IMG/VR virus record: IMGVR_UViG_3300043446_004346
Coordinates: 1-14,072 of that record
DNA: 14,072 bases
From: a virus
Strand: one strand, 5' to 3'
Each line of letters starts with the position of its first letter. Within the stretch, counting starts at the first letter, position 1. Position numbers and translations under genes: made by a program. Shown in pieces: positions 5,608-12,468 of this stretch. The notes under the pieces were generated by a model. That model was not told the origin of the DNA. It worked only from the letters and a program-made list of their open reading frames with translations, and ran no database searches.

Positions 5608-5639
5608 TAGGCACTGGAAACAGTGCCTATTTTTGTTTG
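5608..5639 (+). terminator. Hairpin with plus-strand terminator geometry (TAGGCACTG-GAAA-CAGTGCCTA + TTTTTGTTTG), overlapping the ATPase stop codon
   Basis: 9-bp stem at 5608..5616 / 5621..5629 with a GAAA loop. The T-run follows only on the plus strand. On the minus strand it follows the TAG stop directly but lacks a U-tract. Confidence 0.4.
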
Positions 5640-6583
5640 TAAAGTTCACCGACTTTTATAATGTCTGACTTCTCAATCCACTCTTTTATAATCTTTTTTG
5701 CAGTTGTTGTGCTTTTACCTGTAAATTCTGCTAAATCATTTACAATATCATTATACTTTCTAGGTTCTACCAGTATGCGACTGATCAGCGACTTTTTTTC
5801 CATTCCGTAAATTAATCCTGTAGATTTTTTTTCAGTATGAATTTGTTGCCATTCATTGCCCTGATATTGTATGCTTATTGGATCGAAATCGTCAGTGCTT
5901 CTCAAAAATGTAGGATGTAGATCTATTGTTTTTTGCTCTTTATTTTTTTCAATCCTAAGTACTGCATTTGCTTTGCGGTCTAAATATGATCCTATATGTC
6001 CAATACTATTTTGATCTTTTTTACCCAAATGCAAAACGCAAATGATTAAAAGATCATGCACCTTAGTAATTTTTTTTAACCACTGAATAAGATAGAATGA
6101 CTGTTCAACACTGTTGAAATCACTGATTAAATCAAGTATTCCATCAATGACCAGTATTGAACAGTCCTTATTATCAGAAAGATAAATTTCAGTCATCTGC
6201 ATTATATCTGCAGGTTTATCCTCCCTAAATAAAAAACTGTCAAAATTGTGCGGAAAATGATCATACAACATTTGTTTCCTTGTACGATCTAAGTTTTTAT
6301 AGTAATCGTAATCACTACTTTCCGTATCAATATAGCACAGTCTTTTTCTATCTTTTGGAAAATTTAATTTCATTCCGAAAATATCCCATGTAGTGTAGGC
6401 AGTTGCAATGGCACCAGTTACAAATAATGTTTTACCTTGTTTTGGTAATCCACTAAAAACAACAATGCTTTGTGAAACACCTATTGTTTTACCATTGATA
6501 GTAAAAAGAATATTTTCATCTTTCGGTTGATAATCTTGCTTAAATTTTCTTTGTGATAGTTTCTCTTTAAGATCATTTGTCAT
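5627..6583 (-). CDS. RecA-fold RepA/DnaB-like (AAA_25-type) replication ATPase or helicase with C-terminal winged-helix domain (318 aa)
   Basis: Walker A GLPKQGKT and Walker B SILVIDGILD. LIICVLHLGKKD...GHIGS...ANAVLRIEK resembles the RepA-like sensor region. The C-terminus LAEFTGKSTTTAKKIIKEWIEKSDII is HTH-like. Confidence 0.8.
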   Translation of the reverse strand: MTNDLKEKLSQRKFKQDYQPKDENILFTINGKTIGVSQSIVVFSGLPKQGKTLFVTGAIATAYTTWDIFGMKLNFPKDRKRLCYIDTESSDYDYYKNLDRTRKQMLYDHFPHNFDSFLFREDKPADIMQMTEIYLSDNKDCSILVIDGILDLISDFNSVEQSFYLIQWLKKITKVHDLLIICVLHLGKKDQNSIGHIGSYLDRKANAVLRIEKNKEQKTIDLHPTFLRSTDDFDPISIQYQGNEWQQIHTEKKSTGLIYGMEKKSLISRILVEPRKYNDIVNDLAEFTGKSTTTAKKIIKEWIEKSDIIKVGELYKQK

Positions 6584-6586
6584 TGG

Positions 6587-6826
6587 TTACTTTTCTAAGA
6601 AACTGCAAAATTCCTCTGCTATTTGGAATGCCGCTTGAATAGCGAATTTACGATCTTCAACACTATCAACAATGTTATCATCACTGATTATCATTGCTTT
6701 TAGTATTTCCAGTGCCGCTACTTCCTGTTTTGTCATCCCTGCTAGAATGATCATTTGGTTGCTGAACTTGTCCATAAATTGCACTGGTTGTGCAGGTAAA
6801 TCCTTGTTTGTTTGTTGGCTTTGCAT
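6587..6826 (-). CDS. Hypothetical protein (79 aa; the true start may be an internal Met)
   Basis: ORF ending 3 nt before the ATPase ATG. An in-frame stop lies immediately upstream of its first ATG. It overlaps the zinc-ribbon ORF by 146 nt. Confidence 0.55.
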   Translation of the reverse strand: MQSQQTNKDLPAQPVQFMDKFSNQMIILAGMTKQEVAALEILKAMIISDDNIVDSVEDRKFAIQAAFQIAEEFCSFLEK

Positions 6827-6953
6827 CTTTTATTTTGTTTATGATTAAGCAATAAGGGCAAACAGTTGATCCATGTTTGCCCATGTGGTAAGTAACAGTA
6901 AAATACTTGTTACACTGGCAGCATCTCATTTGATCCATTTTTCTTTGCTGCAA
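6681..6953 (-). CDS. Zinc-ribbon protein (CxxC...CxxC: CCQCNKYF...VCPYC); the C-terminal half is low-complexity and overlaps the next gene
   Basis: The four-Cys ribbon lies in the first ~36 aa. The rest (KPTNKQGFTCTTS...TGSSGTGNTKSNDNQ) lies out of frame over 6681..6826. Confidence 0.5.
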   Translation of the reverse strand: MQQRKMDQMRCCQCNKYFTVTYHMGKHGSTVCPYCLIINKIKDAKPTNKQGFTCTTSAIYGQVQQPNDHSSRDDKTGSSGTGNTKSNDNQ

Positions 6954-7137
6954 CTAAATCCTCGTATTTGCAAAAATCATCCATTGCAAATTTGATAGAA
7001 TATTTGTGTAAGAAATACACTTTAAATAATCCATCATGCGGAATTTCTTTTTGGCTTAAAATGATGAAGGGATGTCCATTTGAAGTTTTTAGTGCTTCGC
7101 ACCAGTACTGCTTACCATTGTGTGAATACTTGTTCAT
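6910..7137 (-). CDS. Hypothetical protein (75 aa)
   Basis: ORF with a 4-nt overlap with the upstream gene (7134..7137). No recognisable motif. Confidence 0.55.
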   Translation of the reverse strand: MNKYSHNGKQYWCEALKTSNGHPFIILSQKEIPHDGLFKVYFLHKYSIKFAMDDFCKYEDLVAAKKNGSNEMLPV

Positions 7138-7415
7138 GCTAGGTTTGTTTTAAGTGATTGAATATTTAAATGTAGTTGATCTATTGTGTCCGCAAAAAGA
7201 CATTTTAATTCATTTTCCAGTACAAATGGCAAATCTGATTGATAAATAGTATAATGTTTACCGTCTGCAAAAAAATGTATTTGTATGTTATTAAACTGTT
7301 TTGCTTTGAGCAAATTTTGAAATTTTACAATCTTTTCTTCCTGAAATTGTATTTCATCAAACAATTCCTTTAAATCATTAAACATTGTGTATAAGTTTTT
7401 GCATTTGTAATTCAA
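7134..7415 (-). CDS. Hypothetical protein (93 aa as tracked; more likely 83 aa starting at 7385)
   Basis: Met11 at 7385 gives an ATGTTTAA-type 8-nt overlap with the upstream stop (7378..7380), which is more typical than a 38-nt overlap. Confidence 0.55.
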   Translation of the reverse strand: MNYKCKNLYTMFNDLKELFDEIQFQEEKIVKFQNLLKAKQFNNIQIHFFADGKHYTIYQSDLPFVLENELKCLFADTIDQLHLNIQSLKTNLA

Positions 7416-7581
7416 AATACCTACCGAATTGGAATGATATGTGCATTAAATGATGTTCATTTTCATAATACAGGATAAATTTAGTGTTATCCCCTACAAT
7501 TGTATCATGTCTGATATTGTAGTTTTTCAAAAATTGTTCCCATAACCTGTCTAGGTCATAAGCAATAACGATACTAGCCAT
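7378..7581 (-). CDS. Hypothetical protein (67 aa)
   Basis: ORF that starts 2 nt after the stop of the 39-aa micro-ORF. Confidence 0.55.
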   Translation of the reverse strand: MASIVIAYDLDRLWEQFLKNYNIRHDTIVGDNTKFILYYENEHHLMHISFQFGRYFELQMQKLIHNV

Positions 7582-7583
7582 AA

Positions 7584-7703
7584 TTAAAGTTTTTTTCTAA
7601 ATAATGAAATAATTTCTAGTGTTATCAGTGCCACTAGGTATAAAGGAATGCAGATTAGGATAAAATAAATTACTGATAATATCCAAGCTAATAACCTGAT
7701 CAT
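7584..7703 (-). CDS. Hydrophobic micro-protein, 39 aa (MIRLLAWILSVIYFILICIPLYLVALITLEIISLFRKKL), not in the ORF track
   Basis: Hand-translated. The TAATG junction couples it to the preceding 25-aa ORF. One long TM-like stretch and a basic C-terminus. Confidence 0.45.
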   Translation of the reverse strand: MIRLLAWILSVIYFILICIPLYLVALITLEIISLFRKKL

Positions 7704-7780
7704 TACATAAAATTATCTGCAAAACATATTGCTAAGGATAGCAAAAATAAGATCAGGACTTGTTTTTGTGTCTTTGTCAT
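7703..7780 (-). CDS. Hydrophobic micro-protein, 25 aa (MTKTQKQVLILFLLSLAICFADNFM), not in the ORF track
   Basis: Hand-translated. It is the first ATG after the candidate early promoter, and its stop overlaps the next ATG by 1 nt. Confidence 0.35.
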   Translation of the reverse strand: MTKTQKQVLILFLLSLAICFADNFM

Positions 7781-7816
7781 GTGGTTTTTGTTTTAGTTAA
7801 AAATCATTTGTCATGT

Positions 7817-7846
7817 CAATATTAAGATATTTTCCACATTTCCAAA
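7817..7846 (-). promoter_or_regulatory. Candidate Bacteroidota-type promoter of the early unit (TTTG, 18 nt, TAATATTG)
   Basis: On the minus strand: TTTG (7846..7843), an 18-nt spacer, then TAATATTG (7824..7817), one mismatch to TAnnTTTG. It lies just downstream of the late terminator. Confidence 0.4.
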
Positions 7847-7849
7847 AAA

Positions 7850-7882
7850 AAATATAAAAAAAGGGATCGTTGAAACGATCCC
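7850..7882 (-). terminator. Intrinsic terminator of the late structural and lysis unit
   Basis: Stem GGGATCGT (7863..7870) / ACGATCCC (7875..7882) with loop TGAA. On the minus strand it is followed by TTTTTTTATATTTTTTTTT. It lies 26 nt after the lysozyme stop. Confidence 0.75.
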
Positions 7883-7908
7883 CGCCCTATTCTCTCTGAA
7901 AATCAAAC

Positions 7909-8412
7909 CTATTTGAGAAATAATTCCTTTTCTAGCTGCCTTCTTTTAGTCAGTCCTGCACTTATTTTGCCGTTTATCTTATTCCACCTTAAAAACTGAT
8001 CAGCAACCTCTGATTTTGGCTTATTTTGGTTTAATAACCTAAGTAGTGTACTGCTTTGAAATGCACCTAATCCAATGTTATAAGCTAAACTGGTTAGTGC
8101 AGCTAATTGGTTAGCATTTATAGGTACTTTAATTAACTTACCTAGTGCGTATTGTCTTTTCTCAATATCCGTTTTTAGCCATCTTTCTGCAGTCGGTTTA
8201 TCAATTGTATCACCTTCTTTTATTGGTTTATTGGTGTCAGGGTTTATTGTAGTACCATAACCAATTGTCCAAATACCTGCGGTGTCAGGGTATGCCTTTA
8301 ATCTTTCGCCTTCAAAAACTTTTATAATATCAAATGCTTTCACCTTCTTTGCAGATAAGAGTAAAAAAATAACAATTGCAGCTATTATAATCCATTTCTT
8401 ATTGGACATCAC
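7909..8412 (-). CDS. GH24 (T4-type) lysozyme with N-terminal signal anchor (167 aa)
   Basis: FE34GERLKAYPD43TAGIWT49IGYG aligns residue for residue with the T4 lysozyme E11/D20/T26 motif. The N-terminus WIIIAAIVIFLLLSA is hydrophobic. Confidence 0.9.
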   Translation of the reverse strand: MMSNKKWIIIAAIVIFLLLSAKKVKAFDIIKVFEGERLKAYPDTAGIWTIGYGTTINPDTNKPIKEGDTIDKPTAERWLKTDIEKRQYALGKLIKVPINANQLAALTSLAYNIGLGAFQSSTLLRLLNQNKPKSEVADQFLRWNKINGKISAGLTKRRQLEKELFLK

Positions 8413-8560
8413 TGTCTTTTGCTAGTAATCCTGTAATAAGTATCCCAATACCTGAAACTACCTTTACCCAATCTTTTTGTGCAACACCATCACCAATTAG
8501 GGGTAATCCTGCAACTGATCCGAAAAAGCTAGTTTTAATGTTTTTTAGTATTCTTTTCAT
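8399..8560 (-). CDS. Holin-like small membrane protein, 53 aa (MKRILKNIKTSFFGSVAGLPLIGDGVAQKDWVKVVSGIGILITGLLAKDSDVQ), not in the ORF track
   Basis: Hand-translated. It overlaps the lysozyme start by 14 nt. The pattern KxxKT(S/T)xxG...G..LAKD resembles small proteins I recall next to endolysins in Bacteroidota phages. Not verified. Confidence 0.55.
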   Translation of the reverse strand: MKRILKNIKTSFFGSVAGLPLIGDGVAQKDWVKVVSGIGILITGLLAKDSDVQ

Positions 8561-8780
8561 CTTTTAATTTTTTATATTTTAAATAATTCAATGAAATAGT
8601 AACAATACAACTAACTGTAGATGCACTGGCAAATATGATCTTTGTCAGCTCGTCAATTTCTTGTAATCCAATTGCGGACAATAAAACGGTGCAGATTGTT
8701 GATACTACTGCAGGATCAGTTTGTTGCGTCATTGCTAGTTTCATCTTTTTGAAATTTTGCTGCAATAATGTTATAAGCAT
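8535..8780 (-). CDS. Two-TM class II holin-like protein (81 aa as tracked; probably 65-69 aa from Met at 8732 or 8744)
   Basis: TM1 AVVSTICTVLLSAIGL, TM2 IIFASASTVSCIVTISLNYL, basic tail KYKKLKDEKNTKKH. The upstream 54-aa ORF ends at 8716, which favours an internal start. Confidence 0.6.
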   Translation of the reverse strand: MLITLLQQNFKKMKLAMTQQTDPAVVSTICTVLLSAIGLQEIDELTKIIFASASTVSCIVTISLNYLKYKKLKDEKNTKKH

Positions 8781-8880
8781 TTATAACAGTTGCAGATTGA
8801 TCTAAAGTTGCAAAAACACCTTTACTTGTTGATAAGTCTAGTGCTGCTTTTAAAACTTCTAATGCTTGTTTTTCGTTCAT
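8716..8880 (-). CDS. Helical small protein, 54 aa (MNEKQALEVLKAALDLSTSKGVFATLDQSATVINAYNIIAAKFQKDETSNDATN), not in the ORF track
   Basis: Hand-translated. It fills an otherwise empty 111-nt gap and starts 11 nt after the stop at 8892. Confidence 0.5.
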   Translation of the reverse strand: MNEKQALEVLKAALDLSTSKGVFATLDQSATVINAYNIIAAKFQKDETSNDATN

Positions 8881-8891
8881 TTGTTCTTGTT

Positions 8892-9161
8892 TTATTGGTT
8901 AATAATTGTTAATCCTAAAGTAGTTGCAATATAATTATATGCGTAATCATTTGTTGTATAGTTATTATATTCAGGTTCACCCATTGTTACAGTACCAGTA
9001 GCTAGACTTTCACCCAATTGCCCTTGATTATCTGCACAAAGATTGTAACTAAATGATGCAAAACTTTCAAAGTTATCATAGTTTCCGTAACATGATAGCC
9101 ATACTGCTTCTGTTACTACACCATTATTCCAAATTTGTACTGGTTCAATTTGCTTTGCCAT
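8892..9161 (-). CDS. Hypothetical protein (89 aa) downstream of the spike gene
   Basis: ORF that overlaps the spike 3' end by 17 nt. It is Y/N-rich with no TM. It may be a spike accessory protein, judged by position only. Confidence 0.55.
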   Translation of the reverse strand: MAKQIEPVQIWNNGVVTEAVWLSCYGNYDNFESFASFSYNLCADNQGQLGESLATGTVTMGEPEYNNYTTNDYAYNYIATTLGLTIINQ

Positions 9162-12100
9162 ATAATTGTTTTAATTCTTCTATTTGTGCTTGTTGTTCTT
9201 GAATGGCTTTTATCAGCATTGGCACAAATACTGAATATTTTACTGATTTAGTAGTTGTTTCTAATTGATTTCCTTTTTTATCTATGTCAAAAGTTTCTTC
9301 AATCATTGAAGGAAATATTTCTTCTAATTCCTGCGCAATAACACCTATTTGTTTTATTTCACTACCAATTAAATTATAATTTCTAATTTTTACTTTCAAT
9401 AATTTATCAAGTTTAGGTGTTGCATCAATTATATTCTCTTTTAATTTTATATCAGATAAAGAACCATAACTATTATTTGCATTTTGGATATTACCATTAC
9501 CTATAATTTTGATATTAGTTGTACTACCAATATCACTATAACCAATAAAATGATTCCATCCAGTACCTGAAGCTGTATAAGACAAACTTGTTATTACACT
9601 TCCAGTAAAACTTGCAGTTGATTTTTCAGCATAATAAATAGATTCAGTAGTAGATGCGCCTTTGCTATATACTAATGCAGTTGGCGAACCACTCCCTATT
9701 CCGACATTGCCGCCCGAAGATATTCGGATGCGTTCGGTATCTGCAGTTGCAAATATTAATGGATAACTTCCGATTACATCTATTACTCCATATTCTCCAG
9801 CTGAATAAGAAGGACCTGTGTATCCTATAAGCATTTGTCTTGCTGCACTGTTCTTGAAATATAAAAGAGAAGTTGCAGTACTTACTGTATTTTCAATAGT
9901 TAATGTAGCATTTGCACCTGTCACACTTGAACTGAAGCTAGTTGAACCAGAATTATTTATTTGTAATAATGCTGCGTTATATGCCTGATTAACTATTCTT
10001 AATGGAGTTCCTGCCCCCAATTGAATATCGTTTACTGAACCTGCATAATTTAAATTAATAGCTAAAGGATAATTAGTAACAATTGTTGCATTCGACGTAA
10101 TATTTGAACTAAAAGTAGATGCTCCAGTTGCATCAATTAATAACCTCCTACCAAATGTACCACCTGACTTTGTATATAATTCAAAACCTCCTGATGTATT
10201 AAGATTAAATCCAAATGCCTTATCACCTGCAAAGTTTGCAAATTGTGCCTGTAATCCACTTCCGTAAGTATCTGACAAAGTATTTGATACCATGTAAGAA
10301 ACTGCTCTTTGTCCTGCACCTGTTGCATCAATCTTAAATGATCTACCTGCAATTAAACTTTCACCTGTTGCACCTTCTGAAGGGTTATTTGCTAGTACAC
10401 TTGCGTTGAATGATGCCTGACCATTGTTTTCCAATGTCATTGAAAGTGTAGCTGATCCACCTGCGGAAGTGTAAAATTTTAATCTTCCGTTTCCACTGTT
10501 AGCACCATCTAAGGTTGCAGCTATATAAGGGTTAGCATTTCCTAAACCAAAATTGATTGTTGTAATTGCTGCACCTGTTGAATAGTAATTATTTGTTAAT
10601 TGTAATGCAGTAAAAGACGCTGCATTACCTGTAAATATTGCATTGAGTCCATTCAATACACCAGTTAAAGTTGCTGCACCAACTACATCAAGTGCAACAC
10701 TAGGTGTTTTACCAATTCCCACATTTCCATAAAATCTTGCAGTTTTATCGTTTCTAGTCCAAAAAATGTCTGCACCGTTTGTATCTGCAACATTAAAGGC
10801 ATAATCACTAGCACCAGTTGAACTACCTTTTACATATAATGTTACGTTTGTAACTGGAGTATTATCCCCAAATACTGCCGATCCATTCTTTGCAATGCTA
10901 AATCTATCCACCCAAGATTGTGATACTGCAGATGCTGAACTTTGAAATCTTGCTAAATACAATGTAGTATCTGCGTCAGTTGATCTGACAAGTAAACCTT
11001 GTGAACTATCTTCTATATTTGTAACTGATAAGGCATAACCTGCCAAAGTTCCGCTAAATGCTGCAGTTGTACCATTTAATGCACCAGTTAATGTACCACC
11101 TGTTAAAGGCAAATATCCACTTAATGCACTGCCATAATTAGGTATATTTAATGTATTTCCTACAAATGTTGCAGCACCACTGCTACCAGTTGTTGTGAGT
11201 GATATTGTTGCCTGTTTGCTATTTAATTGTGTTTGTATAGCACTTGTAACACCTTTTACATAACTTATTTCAGTTAATGAAGGGTAAGTAGCGGTAGTTA
11301 GTGATCCTATTGTTGATCCAGTTGCGGTAAAATATGCTAATTCATTTATAGTACCTGTACCAGTTACAGGGTTAGTTAATGCTCCCTGATATTGCGGTAT
11401 ATTTAATGTATTTCCTACAAATGTTGCAGCACCACTCGTACCAGTTGTTGTAAGTGATATTGCATTTTGTTTGCTATTAAATGTACTCCAATCACTTGAT
11501 GAAAGTTTACCTGTATTTGTTGCAGATGCTACAGGTAAGTTAAATGTATGTGTACCACTGGAAGTTGAAATATTAAAATTAGTACCTGATGTACCAGTAA
11601 CTAAAAATTGTACTTGTTCAGTTGCACTATTTATTGCAGTAATTCCAGTACTAAATGTAGTTGCAATTTGTGCTAATCTTGTTGATTGGGTATAAAATGT
11701 TATTGTTCTACCATCATGTGTTACATAAAACCTTATTGCTAATCTATCAGTAAGTGTTAATACAGTTGCAGGTACTGCAATTGATGTATAATAAAGATCA
11801 ATAGAAGTACCACCAGTAATTACTTCGGGGTTTGATGAACTACTGGCAATTAATGAAAATGTAGTTCCATCGTATTTGTATAATTCAACATAAAAACTAG
11901 GGTTACCACCTGTTGAATTACTACTAAAATATGCTTGTATATTCCAGTTACCTGCAGGTATATTTAAAAGTGCAGGATCACCTGCATTTGTAATAAATTG
12001 TGCTATATATCCGTTAGCACTTATTGTAAAGTTTGCTGCAGTTCCAGTATTTGCAGTTTTACTCATTTGATAATAAGTATTTCCGCCAAAACTTCCCTGA

Positions 12101-12468
12101 CTTGTACCACCGTTCAAATAATAATTAACAGATGATCCACCTCCTGTATTTGGAAAATCTGCTAAAGTACCATCACCCCTAATATATTGTGAAACTGTAC
12201 CTGCACCAGTAACATTTAATGATCCACTACCTGTTATTGGTGAATTTGCTACATTAAATGCACTAGGCATTGATAAACCTACGGAAGTAACTGTACCTAC
12301 ATTACCTATTAAATCCCATGTTGAACCAGTATCCCTGTACCAAAGTTTTGTGTCAGTTGATACAAATAACCTGCCTGTTATACCTGCTGCAGGTCTATTT
12401 GCAAATACATCCGAATAAAACATCGGTGTACCAAACTGGTTCAATACTGAATAATCAACAACAATCAT
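9145..12468 (-). CDS. Receptor-binding spike or fibre (1107 aa) with C-terminal S74 intramolecular-chaperone autoproteolytic domain
   Basis: The C-terminus LS|SDIKLKENI...IGVIAQELEEIFPSMI...VKYSVFVPMLIKAIQEQQAQIEEL matches the Peptidase_S74 pattern (9148..9456). The body is long and G/S/T/N-rich and beta-helix-like. An 85-aa internal repeat carries SLTTTGxSGAATFVGNTLNIPxY. Confidence 0.85.
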   Translation of the reverse strand: MIVVDYSVLNQFGTPMFYSDVFANRPAAGITGRLFVSTDTKLWYRDTGSTWDLIGNVGTVTSVGLSMPSAFNVANSPITGSGSLNVTGAGTVSQYIRGDGTLADFPNTGGGSSVNYYLNGGTSQGSFGGNTYYQMSKTANTGTAANFTISANGYIAQFITNAGDPALLNIPAGNWNIQAYFSSNSTGGNPSFYVELYKYDGTTFSLIASSSSNPEVITGGTSIDLYYTSIAVPATVLTLTDRLAIRFYVTHDGRTITFYTQSTRLAQIATTFSTGITAINSATEQVQFLVTGTSGTNFNISTSSGTHTFNLPVASATNTGKLSSSDWSTFNSKQNAISLTTTGTSGAATFVGNTLNIPQYQGALTNPVTGTGTINELAYFTATGSTIGSLTTATYPSLTEISYVKGVTSAIQTQLNSKQATISLTTTGSSGAATFVGNTLNIPNYGSALSGYLPLTGGTLTGALNGTTAAFSGTLAGYALSVTNIEDSSQGLLVRSTDADTTLYLARFQSSASAVSQSWVDRFSIAKNGSAVFGDNTPVTNVTLYVKGSSTGASDYAFNVADTNGADIFWTRNDKTARFYGNVGIGKTPSVALDVVGAATLTGVLNGLNAIFTGNAASFTALQLTNNYYSTGAAITTINFGLGNANPYIAATLDGANSGNGRLKFYTSAGGSATLSMTLENNGQASFNASVLANNPSEGATGESLIAGRSFKIDATGAGQRAVSYMVSNTLSDTYGSGLQAQFANFAGDKAFGFNLNTSGGFELYTKSGGTFGRRLLIDATGASTFSSNITSNATIVTNYPLAINLNYAGSVNDIQLGAGTPLRIVNQAYNAALLQINNSGSTSFSSSVTGANATLTIENTVSTATSLLYFKNSAARQMLIGYTGPSYSAGEYGVIDVIGSYPLIFATADTERIRISSGGNVGIGSGSPTALVYSKGASTTESIYYAEKSTASFTGSVITSLSYTASGTGWNHFIGYSDIGSTTNIKIIGNGNIQNANNSYGSLSDIKLKENIIDATPKLDKLLKVKIRNYNLIGSEIKQIGVIAQELEEIFPSMIEETFDIDKKGNQLETTTKSVKYSVFVPMLIKAIQEQQAQIEELKQLYGKAN
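11141..11462. repeat. Two 67-nt near-identical direct repeats (11141..11207 and 11396..11462), period 255 nt, inside the spike gene
   Basis: ggtatatttaatgtatttcctacaaatgttgcagcaccact(g/c)(c/g)taccagttgttgt(g/a)agtgatattg, read directly. It encodes the duplicated 85-aa module. Confidence 0.85.

Noticed and set aside
5627-6583. The 318-aa ATPase as an FtsK/HerA-type genome-packaging ATPase
   Set aside because: It lies at the end of the early block rather than next to the capsid genes. It carries a C-terminal wHTH, and its post-Walker B region (LHLGKKD...RIEK) looks RepA/DnaB-like. The possibility is kept as an alternative in the findings, but it is not my call.
7378-7581. HUH endonuclease motif (HHLMHISF) in the 67-aa ORF as evidence for rolling-circle replication
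   Set aside because: The spacing is H-x-x-H rather than H-hydrophobic-H. The protein is far too short for a Rep, and no catalytic Tyr motif context is present.
5593-7814. 13-nt repeat AAGATCATTTGTC at 5593..5605 and 6569..6581, plus the related ATCATTTGTCAT at 7803..7814 and TTTGTCATGT at 7773 and 7807
   Set aside because: My rough estimate for this AT-rich 14-kb sequence is several exact 13-mer pairs by chance. One copy is simply the ATPase start codon region (ATGACAAATGATCTT). I do not consider it significant without conservation data.
10137-10352. 71-aa minus-strand ORF in an alternative frame inside the spike gene
   Set aside because: It is fully nested in the 1107-aa ORF, whose frame is supported by repeats and the S74 domain. 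Its composition is Q/H/L-rich and looks like an off-frame artefact.
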